DNA of 64,000 nucleotides from contig DAONFG010000002.1 of the NCBI GenBank assembly GCA_035403465.1, forward strand, positions 123,835 through 187,834. Reading direction: 5' to 3'. The notes beneath the pieces are model-generated. The model did no database searches and had not been told where the DNA came from. It saw only the letters and a program-made list of their open reading frames with translations. This document shows positions 9,348-18,164 of this stretch, piece by piece. The stretch comes from Spirochaetota bacterium (lineage in GTDB: Bacteria > Spirochaetota > UBA4802 > UBA5550). Made by a program: the position numbers and the translations under genes. Each line of letters opens with the position of its first letter. Position 1 is the first letter of the stretch.

Positions 9348-10109
9348 ATGAACCTCATCTCACTTCAATCGGGAAGCAACGGAAACTGCATATATGTCGA
9401 ATCGGGAGAGATTAAACTTCTCTTCGACGCCGGTATCAGCGGCAAACAGGCGGCAGAGCGCCTTGCACAGGCAGGCCGTGACATCACGACCATAGATGCC
9501 CTGCTTATTTCGCACGACCATGCTGACCATGTGAAGTGCGCAGGGATTTACCAGCGCAAGTTCGGCCCGCGCCTGTGCATTACAGAAAAAACACTCCGTG
9601 CAGCCCGGACATCTTACGATCTCGGCAGGCTGGATGATGTTGATCATTTCATTTCAGGAGATTCCCTACAGTTCGGCCATGTGCGAGTGGAGACATTCCC
9701 CACTCCCCACGACGGAGCTGATGGCGTTTCATTTATTATTGATGACGGCGAATCCAGACTGGGAATTTTTACAGACCTGGGCCATGTATACGGTGACCTG
9801 AAAAACGCAGTAGAATCGGTAGACGCGGTACTGATTGAAAGCAATTATGATCCTGAAATGCTGAAACATGGACCCTACCCGCAGTTCCTTAAAAGCAGGA
9901 TTTCCGGTCCCCGTGGGCATATTTCAAACATTGAATCCGCAGAACTGATCGCACTGCACGGGAACAGGCTTCGCTGGGCATGTGTCGGCCATCTTTCCGG
10001 TGATAACAACACCCCTGAACTGGCGCTGCAGACTCACCGCGAAATAAACAGCGGCATGACATATCATCTTGCGGGAAGATACGGCGTCGGGGATATACTC
10101 ACTGTATAA
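9348..10109 (+). CDS. MBL-fold metallo-hydrolase (YycJ/WalJ-like)
   Basis: HxHxDH motif LISHDHADH and an N-terminus MNLISLQSGSNGNCIYVE typical of YycJ. The start was moved to the ATG at 9348, because the ORF-track start at 9258 falls inside MITE copy B. Confidence 0.8.
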   Translation: MNLISLQSGSNGNCIYVESGEIKLLFDAGISGKQAAERLAQAGRDITTIDALLISHDHADHVKCAGIYQRKFGPRLCITEKTLRAARTSYDLGRLDDVDHFISGDSLQFGHVRVETFPTPHDGADGVSFIIDDGESRLGIFTDLGHVYGDLKNAVESVDAVLIESNYDPEMLKHGPYPQFLKSRISGPRGHISNIESAELIALHGNRLRWACVGHLSGDNNTPELALQTHREINSGMTYHLAGRYGVGDILTV

Positions 10110-10152
10110 TGCCGGTGACAATAATATTGAACACAGGAAACAACAGACCTTA

Positions 10153-10854
10153 ATGAGACGATTGATATCAGCCCTGAGATCATATATAATTCTGCCATGC
10201 TTAATCGGCAGCCTGTCATGTCTCCAGGGCGAAGGAATGTTAACCTTCGCAGAGGATAACTTCTTCGTTAAGCAGGGTTCAGGCCAGTGCGGCCCCACAG
10301 CCTTCTATATGATTTTCAGATACTATGGCGATAACAATTATATGGGTGAATTCACCGAACTTCCAGGTTGCGATCAAATTCTGCCGTTGCAGGAGGAGCT
10401 TGTTGAAGTAACTTCTGATTCAGGTGTAAGCAAATGGCTTGATGTAACTACTTCAGGTATAGGGATCGGGTCATTAAAGGAAAAAATCAGCCGCCTCACA
10501 ACTGACCGGAATTATCCTTATTATATAACACAAGGTGACACATCTACAACTACGATATTGCATGAAGCGCGTTTTATGATAATATATAACAATTTCCTTA
10601 GAAACGACCTTCCTGTTATTATCCACCTGGCAAGACCCGCTCTCACCGGACACTTCATGGTGCTTGTTGGTTACGACCCGCGTCATAGAGTCGTTTATTA
10701 TGTTGACCCGAACAGGGATGATGGTGTGCCTGCAGTACAAAACGTAGATCTCTATGATTTTTTGAATACACAATGGTACGAGTCCCCGGAGAACCCATTG
10801 ACTGCATACGGCTACTGGGACGGGACCTGGATCGGGTTCAGGCATGGGGAATGA
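10153..10854 (+). CDS. secreted papain-like (peptidase C39-like) domain protein
   Basis: Candidate Cys in KQGSGQCGPTAFYMIFRYYG and candidate His in TGHFMVLVGYDPRH. Signal peptide MRRLISALRSYIILPCLIGSLSC. The start was chosen at the internal Met to avoid overlap with the MBL gene. Confidence 0.55.
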   Translation: MRRLISALRSYIILPCLIGSLSCLQGEGMLTFAEDNFFVKQGSGQCGPTAFYMIFRYYGDNNYMGEFTELPGCDQILPLQEELVEVTSDSGVSKWLDVTTSGIGIGSLKEKISRLTTDRNYPYYITQGDTSTTTILHEARFMIIYNNFLRNDLPVIIHLARPALTGHFMVLVGYDPRHRVVYYVDPNRDDGVPAVQNVDLYDFLNTQWYESPENPLTAYGYWDGTWIGFRHGE

Positions 10855-10936
10855 GTCTCTGAAAAACCATCTGTTATAATCCCGGTTACAATCTAATAGA
10901 TGATTTCGTTTCTCGAGTCAACTATCCAACTTTTTA

Positions 10937-10965
10937 TTGACACCACTCCGGATTATTCTTAGTAT
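10937..10965 (+). promoter_or_regulatory. candidate sigma70 promoter (TTGACA-N17-TAGTAT)
   Basis: ttgaca at 10937-42, a 17-nt spacer, then tagtat at 10960-65. The SD ggagga follows and the ATG is at 10985. Confidence 0.4.
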
Positions 10966-10984
10966 TTAAGCGGAGGAATATTTT

Positions 10985-11764
10985 ATGGCTATTAAAAACA
11001 TTACCTTTCCCGGCGCATTGATAGTAATTATTTCAGCTGTATTGTTGCTTCTTCCAGCAGAAAACAATGCCGTCGAGACCTATGCTCTCAGTCCGGAATA
11101 CCTTGCATCAACCACATGGAAAACAGCTCCTGATGATGCTGAAGATACCATGGAGATTACATTTACCCATGATGGTCATTTCGAATTCCTGATCGATCTG
11201 GTGCAGACTCGTATTGATGCAAAAGGAACATATTCAATAAACGGCGGAAAACTTAAGCTTCTAATTGAAGATTCAAATATGGGTAAAGGAAATATCGGCC
11301 TGTCTCTTGACGAAGGAGCCATCCTGACTGATAAAAATTCACCAAAATTCCGCAGGTACCTCTACTTTAAAACCATTAAGCTGGAAGAGTTTTTCATGCA
11401 TGTTAACGAACTGGTGCTCTGGGATACAGGTTCAGCAGTTAAAGAGGGTGAATCCATATCAATTCAGGGGATTGATGCTGTAACAATGGGCGTTAAAGAG
11501 GCTGTTGTTACAACTATTCTTAAGATGCGGGAAACACCCGATCCAAACGGTAAAGAAATACAGATAACCTACGTAGATTCAGATGACATCGCCCCGGCTA
11601 TTGTAGTCAAGGCGCTTCCGAAAGGCCAGCGCCTGCTTGTACTTGCCAGGACAAAAGAAAAAAGCAACGTGGGCAAATGGAACAACTACTGGTACTATGT
11701 CGAGTTTGAACTCTATGAAACACGGAGAGCATGGGTCTACGGCGAGTTTGTGAAGATCAAGTAG
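10985..11764 (+). CDS. hypothetical secreted protein with a C-terminal SH3b-like domain
   Basis: 259 aa with signal peptide/TM (ALIVIISAVLLLLPA). The C-terminal motif …GKWNNYWYYVEFELYETRRAWVYGEFVKIK is typical of bacterial SH3 domains. Confidence 0.55.
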   Translation: MAIKNITFPGALIVIISAVLLLLPAENNAVETYALSPEYLASTTWKTAPDDAEDTMEITFTHDGHFEFLIDLVQTRIDAKGTYSINGGKLKLLIEDSNMGKGNIGLSLDEGAILTDKNSPKFRRYLYFKTIKLEEFFMHVNELVLWDTGSAVKEGESISIQGIDAVTMGVKEAVVTTILKMRETPDPNGKEIQITYVDSDDIAPAIVVKALPKGQRLLVLARTKEKSNVGKWNNYWYYVEFELYETRRAWVYGEFVKIK

Positions 11765-11804
11765 AATCCGATTCATGCAGGCTTTTCGCTGGCTGTTGCA
11801 TAAT

Positions 11805-11836
11805 AAAAATCCCCTGTATTACCAGGGGATTTTTAT
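11805..11836. terminator. bidirectional rho-independent terminator
   Basis: aaaaatcccctgtattaccaggggattttt: a 7-bp GC-rich stem flanked by an A-run and a T-run. It lies 3' of both the plus-strand gene ending at 11764 and the minus-strand selC. Confidence 0.65.
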
Positions 11837-11838
11837 TA

Positions 11839-11930
11839 TGCGGAAGGGGCAGGAATCGAACCTGCCGCTGCAGTAAACTACAGCCTACGGTTTTGAAGAC
11901 CGCGGAAGCCACCAGACCCCATCCTCTTCC
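11839..11930 (-). tRNA. selC: tRNA-Sec (selenocysteine), anticodon UCA
   Basis: The reverse complement reads GGAAGAGGATGGGGTCTGGTGGCTTCCGCGGTCTTCAAAACCGTAGGCTGTAGTTTACTGCAGCGGCAGGTTCGATTCCTGCCCCTTCCGCA. It has the anticodon loop CUUCAAA, a long variable arm, an extended acceptor stem and the T arm GGCAGGTTCGATTCCTGCC. It closely matches E. coli selC (GGAAGATCG…GGACTTCAAATCC…GGCAGGTTCGACTCCTGT…TTCCGCCA). It begins 4 nt downstream of prmC. Confidence 0.85.
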
Positions 11931-11934
11931 ATGT

Positions 11935-12765
11935 TTATCTCTTCAGGGTTGCAACCCTTGGAAATCCTGCGTAATCATTCAAGATTGAAACTTTGTACCC
12001 GTGAGCAGCGCCCGTCTCCTCGACAAAGGCGCGCTGGTCACTGCCGATCTCAAGGAGCAGCACGCCATCATCAGCCAGGTGTTCACCTGCACCCTCAATA
12101 ATCTTAGCCATTACAGCTCTGCCGCTCTCTTCACAATAGAGCGCATTGGCAGGCTCGTATTCAAGTTCCCTCTGCAGCGTCCCCTTCAGCTCTATGTCAA
12201 CATATGGCGGATTGGATACTATCAGGTCAAAAACTTTTCCTTTAACCGGTGAAAAAAGATCACCGTGTAAAAATGCAATCTTCCCGCTACCAAGCACCCT
12301 TTCAGCATTCTCCTTTGCGATCTCCAGGGCCATGCCTGAAATGTCCGACGCAGTGACAGTTAGGTCAGGCCTGGACTTTTTAAGGGCAACCGCAATTGCC
12401 CCTGAACCTGCGCACAGGTCAAGCACCGCAGAATACATGGGAGCCCAGTAGATTGCCATGTCAACAAGGAGCTCTGTTTCGGGCCTGGGAATGAGCACAT
12501 CCATTGTCACAGTAAAATCAATTGAATAGAATTCCTTTACACCGGTGATATATGCCACGGGTTCGGATTCAAGCCTTCGCTTTATAAGTTTATCCAGGGA
12601 TGCTATTTCGAATTCGGTAAGCACACGGTTAGCGTCAGTTATAAGTTTGTATCTTTCAATGCCGAGAGTGTGGGCTGTGATTACCTCTGCATCAAGCCTT
12701 GAGGTGGGAATTCCGGTTTTCTCAAGCCGGGAAGCTGCGTCTGCAAGAAATTCACTCAGTTTCAT
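11935..12765 (-). CDS. prmC: release factor glutamine N5-methyltransferase PrmC (HemK)
   Basis: SAM motif VLDLCAGSGAIAVAL and catalytic NPPY (LIVSNPPYV). It sits immediately downstream of prfA. Confidence 0.9.
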   Translation of the reverse strand: MKLSEFLADAASRLEKTGIPTSRLDAEVITAHTLGIERYKLITDANRVLTEFEIASLDKLIKRRLESEPVAYITGVKEFYSIDFTVTMDVLIPRPETELLVDMAIYWAPMYSAVLDLCAGSGAIAVALKKSRPDLTVTASDISGMALEIAKENAERVLGSGKIAFLHGDLFSPVKGKVFDLIVSNPPYVDIELKGTLQRELEYEPANALYCEESGRAVMAKIIEGAGEHLADDGVLLLEIGSDQRAFVEETGAAHGYKVSILNDYAGFPRVATLKR

Positions 12766-12767
12766 GA

Positions 12768-13835
12768 CTAGTTCACTGTTTTAAGAAGGGTCGCAATTTC
12801 AGCTTTTCTAAGGGCATCAACAAGGTCACCCATCTCACCTTCAAGCACCTTCTCAAGGGAGTAGAGGGTAAGCCCAATCCTGTGGTCAGTTACCCGTGAT
12901 TGCGGAAAGTTGTATGTCCTGATCCTTTCGCTCCTGTCCCCTGAACCGACCTGTGATTTTCTCAGCTCTGATTCCTTTGCCATCCGCTCGCCGTTGGTCT
13001 TCTCCAGGAGCCTGGCCTTGAGGACGCGCAGCGCCTTTGCCTTGTTCTTGATCTGCGACTTTTCATCCTGGCAAGTAACAACCATGCCGGTAGGTATGTG
13101 CGTAATCCTTACCGCAGAATCCGTAGTGTTTACAGACTGGCCGCCGTGCCCTGACGACCTGTAGACATCGGTCCTGATATCGTTCGGGTCGATCTCCATC
13201 TCGTCCTCCTCGGCCTCGGGCATTACCGCAACCGTTACCGCCGAGGTATGGATCCTCCCCTGTGATTCCGTTGCCGGCACCCTCTGCACCCGGTGGACTC
13301 CGGACTCAAACTTCATCGTGTCATAGGCCTCCGGGTTGCGCAGTGAAAAAATCACCTCTTTGTACCCGCCGAGTTCATTTGTGCTGGCGTCGATAAATTC
13401 AACCTTCCAGCCCCTGACCTCTGCATACCTTGTGTACATCCTGAACAGATCTGCGGCAAAGAGGGCTGCCTCGTCGCCTCCGGTCCCTGCACGTATCTCT
13501 ATAAGAATATCCTTGCCCGAATCAGGGTCCTTGGGGAGCAGCAGGACAAGGAGTTTCTCTTTCATATCTGCCATTTTCTGTTCCAGTTCAGAAATCTCGG
13601 ACTGGAGCATCTGGCGCATCTCAGGATCTTTTTCGGTTTCTATGAGTTCTTTATTCTCTGCAAGGTCCTTCTTCATTTTCAGGTAATCGTTGAACCTTGT
13701 AATTACAGGCGACAGGTGTGAGTGTTCCCTGTTCAGGTCCCTGAACCTTTTCTGGTCTGAAACTGTTTCAGGCTTGCTGAGCTCGGACTCGATCTCTTCG
13801 TATCTTTTTTTTAATTCCTGAAGCCTGGCATCCAT
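12768..13835 (-). CDS. prfA: peptide chain release factor 1
   Basis: GGQ motif (SSGHGGQSVNTTDSAVRITHIPTG) and the RF1-specific PAT motif (RVQRVPATESQGRIHTS). Confidence 0.95.
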   Translation of the reverse strand: MDARLQELKKRYEEIESELSKPETVSDQKRFRDLNREHSHLSPVITRFNDYLKMKKDLAENKELIETEKDPEMRQMLQSEISELEQKMADMKEKLLVLLLPKDPDSGKDILIEIRAGTGGDEAALFAADLFRMYTRYAEVRGWKVEFIDASTNELGGYKEVIFSLRNPEAYDTMKFESGVHRVQRVPATESQGRIHTSAVTVAVMPEAEEDEMEIDPNDIRTDVYRSSGHGGQSVNTTDSAVRITHIPTGMVVTCQDEKSQIKNKAKALRVLKARLLEKTNGERMAKESELRKSQVGSGDRSERIRTYNFPQSRVTDHRIGLTLYSLEKVLEGEMGDLVDALRKAEIATLLKTVN

Positions 13836-13848
13836 AAAGTCCCCTGGA

Positions 13849-13878
13849 TAAAAAAATAAGCGGTATAACCGCTTTTTT
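13849..13878. terminator. palindromic hairpin with flanking A/T runs (bidirectional terminator-like), 14-22 nt upstream of prfA
   Basis: aaaaaaataagcggtataaccgcttttttc: the stem aagcgg/ccgctt with flanking runs. On the minus strand it lies between tRNA-Arg and prfA. Confidence 0.4.
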
Positions 13879-13970
13879 CAACACAGTGTAGTTTTTTTGG
13901 GGGCCTGTTAAGAGGCGATACCCCTTTGACCCCTTTTAAATATTTCTGCAACAAGTTGTTTTGCGTATTG

Positions 13971-14044
13971 CGCTCCCGGGAGGACTCGAACCACCGACAC
14001 ACGGTTTAGGAAACCGCTGCTCTATCCACCTGAGCTACGGGAGC
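13971..14044 (-). tRNA. tRNA-Arg, anticodon CCU
   Basis: The reverse complement reads GCTCCCGTAGCTCAGGTGGATAGAGCAGCGGTTTCCTAAACCGTGTGTCGGTGGTTCGAGTCCTCCCGGGAGCG. It has a 7-bp acceptor stem, the anticodon loop UUCCUAA, and T-loop TTCGAGT. The T stem has one mismatch. Confidence 0.8.
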
Positions 14045-14057
14045 CTTTAGAGTAGTA

Positions 14058-14705
14058 CTATGAAAACATATGTTTTCGTTTTGAAATTATCACCCGCTGA
14101 AAATCACGGATATTCTTGACGATCACCCTGTCTTCATATAAATCAATTTTGCCAACACGGGTTAAATGTGTCAATTCTTTTTGTGCGTCTGACTCGGCCA
14201 TTCCTGCCCAGCTTGCGATCTGCTGGGAATTTGTGTTAAGACTGATCTCGCTTTCAAAGTCATACTGGGGATTCTGCTCCGCGAGCATGATCAGAACGTC
14301 CATTACTTTTAGTGAAGGTTCCTCGAGCAGGAGGATCATGAGCCTTCTCTTCGCGTCATATATCCTTTTTGAAAATATAAGCAGAAGTTTATAGGCCAGC
14401 TGCGGATTCCCCTGGAGCAGGGTATCAAAATTGTCCCTGTGGAATTTCAGGACCCGCACGTGCTCCATTGCAATCGCGGTAGCAGACCTTGGCTGTTCCT
14501 CGAGGATCGCCATCTCTCCGAAAACGTCCCCCGGCATAAGAACATCTATTGTCTTTTCCCTGTCATTTATGATACGTGCAATCCTGACACGCCCCTTCTG
14601 GATAAAATAAAACTCATATCCGGGTTCATACTCGCAGAATATTATCTGGTTAGGCGAGTATTCCGCTCCAAATCTGCCAAAAAATTTTTCATCAAGTTCG
14701 AGCAT
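14058..14705 (-). CDS. Crp/Fnr family transcriptional regulator
   Basis: N-terminal cNMP-binding domain (GDVFGEMAILEEQPRSATAIA) and a C-terminal HTH. The 3' end lies 13 nt from tRNA-Arg. Confidence 0.85.
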   Translation of the reverse strand: MLELDEKFFGRFGAEYSPNQIIFCEYEPGYEFYFIQKGRVRIARIINDREKTIDVLMPGDVFGEMAILEEQPRSATAIAMEHVRVLKFHRDNFDTLLQGNPQLAYKLLLIFSKRIYDAKRRLMILLLEEPSLKVMDVLIMLAEQNPQYDFESEISLNTNSQQIASWAGMAESDAQKELTHLTRVGKIDLYEDRVIVKNIRDFQRVIISKRKHMFS

Positions 14706-14708
14706 AGT

Positions 14709-15917
14709 TTACCTGTTTTTCTGCAATGCCTGTATCCGGTCCATGGCCCTGGAATTTATTGAATCCCTCGGCTTCATGTTCATTACCTTGTTATAATACC
14801 CAAGGGCCTTGTTACCCTGCCCCGCTATTTCAAAAATACGGCCAATATAAAAAAGTGCGCCCTTCAGCTTGTCAGAATCGGAATAGCTCCTTGTTATTTC
14901 TGCAAAATAACTCATGGCGCCTTTAAGGTCTTTCATCTCAAACGAGCATACGCCTGAGTTATAATATGAATCAATAAAGAGCCTCTTTTCATTCGGCTTT
15001 AAAGGCGATGCCTTGGTTATGACGTCCCGGAACAATTCCAGGGCTGCACTGTAATTATTCATGTCAAGACTTGCCTCTCCCTTGTCATATGTTTCCTGGA
15101 GTGACGGCCCTTTTGATCTGGACGGTTCATCAAGACTGAAGTCACCCAGGTCATCATCGTCAGAGAGAAAATCATCTATTTCACTTGAAAATTCGGAAGC
15201 AGATCCGGTTTTACCTGCTGAAAACCCGGAAGATGGCGCGCTTTTTTTACCGGCAGAAGGTGCCGGCGACTCGTCAAAGCTGAAACCATCGCTGCTCTCA
15301 TCCATGGAAAAGCTGTCTGATGCAGCTTTTTTCTGTGCCGGTGCCGAAGAAGAATCCGGTACTGCTCCGCCAGAATTGATCGTCCTGATCCTGTCCATGG
15401 CCAGCTTCGCGTAGTCCGTGTCGGGATAATATTCCATGTATTTTTTAAAGGCGTATATTGCTTTTGTAAAATCACCGATTTTAAAATAATGCTCACCTAT
15501 GCGGAAAAGCTCAAGCTGCGGGTTTACATTGTCTGAATCCCCGAGAACGGTCCTTACTGTACGGTTTAGCCGCCTCAGCTGGTTGCTGAAAACGCGGAGC
15601 ATTTTACGCACCACGTTCACGTTTTTAAGGATCATCTTTTCAAAATCGCTGAGGGACAGGGCAAGCACAACGGTTTCACCGATTGTCTGTGCAGTCTCTT
15701 CACGGGGGTATTTGCCAAGCGCGGATTTTACTCCAAAGAATTCACCCTGGCGGACTTCCTCTTTTAATTCTTCACCGGTATCAATTTTTGTGTATGTAAG
15801 AATGACTCTGCCGGATTTAAGAATATAAATGTATTCACTTTTATCATTTTCGAAATAAATGATAGATCCCGGTTTGTAAACACGGGTCATTATTCCGCCT
15901 TGTAAACTGCCGCCCAT
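14709..15917 (-). CDS. cyclic-nucleotide-binding domain protein with acidic linker and C-terminal TPR repeats
   Basis: N-terminal cNMP-binding fold (IYILKSGRVILTYTKIDTGEELKEEVRQGEFFGVKSAL), a Ser/Asp-rich low-complexity segment, then TPR repeats (LFYIGRIFEIAGQGNKALGYYNKVMNMKP…). The N-terminal start is uncertain; an alternative Met lies at 15890. Confidence 0.7.
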   Translation of the reverse strand: MGGSLQGGIMTRVYKPGSIIYFENDKSEYIYILKSGRVILTYTKIDTGEELKEEVRQGEFFGVKSALGKYPREETAQTIGETVVLALSLSDFEKMILKNVNVVRKMLRVFSNQLRRLNRTVRTVLGDSDNVNPQLELFRIGEHYFKIGDFTKAIYAFKKYMEYYPDTDYAKLAMDRIRTINSGGAVPDSSSAPAQKKAASDSFSMDESSDGFSFDESPAPSAGKKSAPSSGFSAGKTGSASEFSSEIDDFLSDDDDLGDFSLDEPSRSKGPSLQETYDKGEASLDMNNYSAALELFRDVITKASPLKPNEKRLFIDSYYNSGVCSFEMKDLKGAMSYFAEITRSYSDSDKLKGALFYIGRIFEIAGQGNKALGYYNKVMNMKPRDSINSRAMDRIQALQKNR

Positions 15918-15935
15918 TATATTTCCTTCCGAGTA

Positions 15936-17156
15936 TTAATAGTGAACAGGTAAAAATGGATATTCCTTTTTAAAGCCGACCGCCCTGTTTATCCTGTTCA
16001 GGAGCCCCAGCAGATCGCCAATAACTACTTTTTCAACTCCTGCAACAATAACCTCCTGGCATTTAACGCCAAGCGAGGAAAAAAGCGGAGCGAATTCGGC
16101 ATCACCGTAAGCAGGCAGACCGTTGATCACCACAAGCCTTATATCGCGCAGGTCAGCCGCAACAACAGAGTTAACATACGAACCGCCCCTGTCTCGCACG
16201 ACAACCAAGTCTGCTGTATAACCGGGCTTAATCTCACCCGTGTTTTTCAGCCTGAAAGCCTTTGCAGGATTAACAGTTACCATCCTGTATATTGTTTCGT
16301 CAGGAAGCTCCTCTGCATAAAGCTTTTTATATAACTTCTTGTCAAACATCATCTCGTAAAGGAGGTTTTCCCCGCCGGACATTGAAGAGTCGGTCCCTAT
16401 ACACACATTGACCTTCTTTTCAAGGAGCATTTTGATATTCGTGGTCTTATTATACATAAACATGTTTGAATCGCCGCACCATACCACTGATGCGCCTTTC
16501 TTTTTTATGAGGTCAATGTCGCTTTCGGAAAATGCAAGGCCGTGTACAAGTACCGAATGGTCACCAAGGCCTCCCTTCCTGTCCAGGACCACTATGTCCT
16601 GCCTGGTTTCCTTGTCAAAACCCTCGGAGCAGTGGGTTATGAACGGTATATCCTTCTCAATGGCTTTTTTATATTCCGCCTCGACCCCCTCTCCCCATGC
16701 AAGGTAAAAGGAGGCTATTGAATGCTCAAGGGCAAAATTGCGGATTGCCTTTAACGGAAGCATGTCATAAAACTGGTCTCCAACAAAATGCGGCATATGG
16801 TCCGAGACAGTGGTAACCCCTGACACAAGGTTCCTGAAAGCGCCGAGGAGGTAAAGGTCACGGTTTTCAATCTGGCAGCGCTCCTGGTAAACCGGTGCGC
16901 TTTTAAGGTCATTATCCCACGGGAGCCAGTTTTCGTAAGGGCCGTTACCGACTTTCGGGTAATAGTTTCCAAGAAGGTGATCGTGTGAATTGATGAGGCC
17001 TGTCGAGATAACACCTGAAGCTTTAATTTTAACAGGGGTACTGATATCCTTTTCACTTACAGCGGAAATTTTTCCGCCTTCAATAAGAATGTTTACAGAT
17101 TCCGAAGTTTTGTCCGGATTCAGGATAGCCGCACCTGAAATCATCCATTTTTTCAT
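15936..17156 (-). CDS. amidohydrolase-family metal-dependent hydrolase (cytosine/guanine-deaminase-like superfamily)
   Basis: HxH metal motif in GLINSHDHLLGNYYP. The overall length and layout match the amidohydrolase_1 TIM-barrel fold. Confidence 0.75.
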   Translation of the reverse strand: MKKWMISGAAILNPDKTSESVNILIEGGKISAVSEKDISTPVKIKASGVISTGLINSHDHLLGNYYPKVGNGPYENWLPWDNDLKSAPVYQERCQIENRDLYLLGAFRNLVSGVTTVSDHMPHFVGDQFYDMLPLKAIRNFALEHSIASFYLAWGEGVEAEYKKAIEKDIPFITHCSEGFDKETRQDIVVLDRKGGLGDHSVLVHGLAFSESDIDLIKKKGASVVWCGDSNMFMYNKTTNIKMLLEKKVNVCIGTDSSMSGGENLLYEMMFDKKLYKKLYAEELPDETIYRMVTVNPAKAFRLKNTGEIKPGYTADLVVVRDRGGSYVNSVVAADLRDIRLVVINGLPAYGDAEFAPLFSSLGVKCQEVIVAGVEKVVIGDLLGLLNRINRAVGFKKEYPFLPVHY

Positions 17157-17229
17157 TTTAATACCCTGTTTTTTTTAAAATTTAGAACATAAAAAATTTC
17201 AAGTCAAGCAAAATAAGCGAACTCCCGGA

Positions 17230-17976
17230 TCAACTCCTTGAGGGAAGATATTCCAGGGGATTTTCCGGTTTTCCGGCTTTCCCTATCTGGAAATGGAGTA
17301 TACTATCGCTGCTTATTTTTCCCAGGAGCGATCCCGTTTTAACAGACTGCCCCTCTCTTACATTCACCCTTTCCATATTTGAGTAGACTGTAATATACCT
17401 GTTTTCATGCATGATTACTATATACTTTCCGTAGCCGCGCATATACCCGATTTTTTTGACCACACCCTTTTCCGATGCATAGACATCGGCATCAGGAGTA
17501 CTATTAATTATGATACCAATGGATTTTACCCCTTCATCTCCGTCCTTTCTGCATGTTTTTACTTTTTTCAACGGCCACTGAAAGTCAGGCCTGTTCCTGC
17601 AGCTCTTGATTACAGGTTTTTCAGAGGTTTTTGTTTTATTTTTTGCGCCGGGCACCGGTATCCTGAGTTTCATCCCCGGAATAATTTTACCGCTGCTGCA
17701 TTTGTTTATTTCAAGAATAGAATCAGGGGACACGCCGAATTTACGTGCTATGCCATAAACAGTGTCGCCCCTGCGGACGGTATATGTATCTGTTGGTATT
17801 ATGTCTCTATCGGCTTCTCCCCCGCGTGTGTCATACTTTCCGTATGCTGCGATATCCTTCGCCTTCCCTTTGCCGGATACGCTGTTTCCAGTACGCGCTT
17901 CCGTGCGCGTATTCATCATTGCAATGATCAAGAGAACTGCGAAGCAGATAAAAAATAAGGAGCTTCGCCTTTTCAT
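17230..17976 (-). CDS. LysM-domain M23 family peptidoglycan metallopeptidase
   Basis: Signal peptide, LysM (YTVRRGDTVYGIARKFGVSPDSILEINKC) and an M23 core (GYMRGYGKYIVIMHENRYITVYSNMERVNVREGQSVKTGSLLGKI). Confidence 0.85.
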   Translation of the reverse strand: MKRRSSLFFICFAVLLIIAMMNTRTEARTGNSVSGKGKAKDIAAYGKYDTRGGEADRDIIPTDTYTVRRGDTVYGIARKFGVSPDSILEINKCSSGKIIPGMKLRIPVPGAKNKTKTSEKPVIKSCRNRPDFQWPLKKVKTCRKDGDEGVKSIGIIINSTPDADVYASEKGVVKKIGYMRGYGKYIVIMHENRYITVYSNMERVNVREGQSVKTGSLLGKISSDSILHFQIGKAGKPENPLEYLPSRS

Positions 17977-18164
17977 TAATTTAACCGCCCTTTTGGGGCA
18001 TACTAACCCTTATTCATATTATCGAAAGGCGCGTCTTTATAGTTTAGCATATTTTTTAATTTTTTGTGATTATAACAAATAAATGAAGTTTTGTATCAAA
18101 TTTATACAGCTGCAGCCCGCATAGGCATGACTTGAAGTTTAATCATCGCCATTATTCAGCAGGA

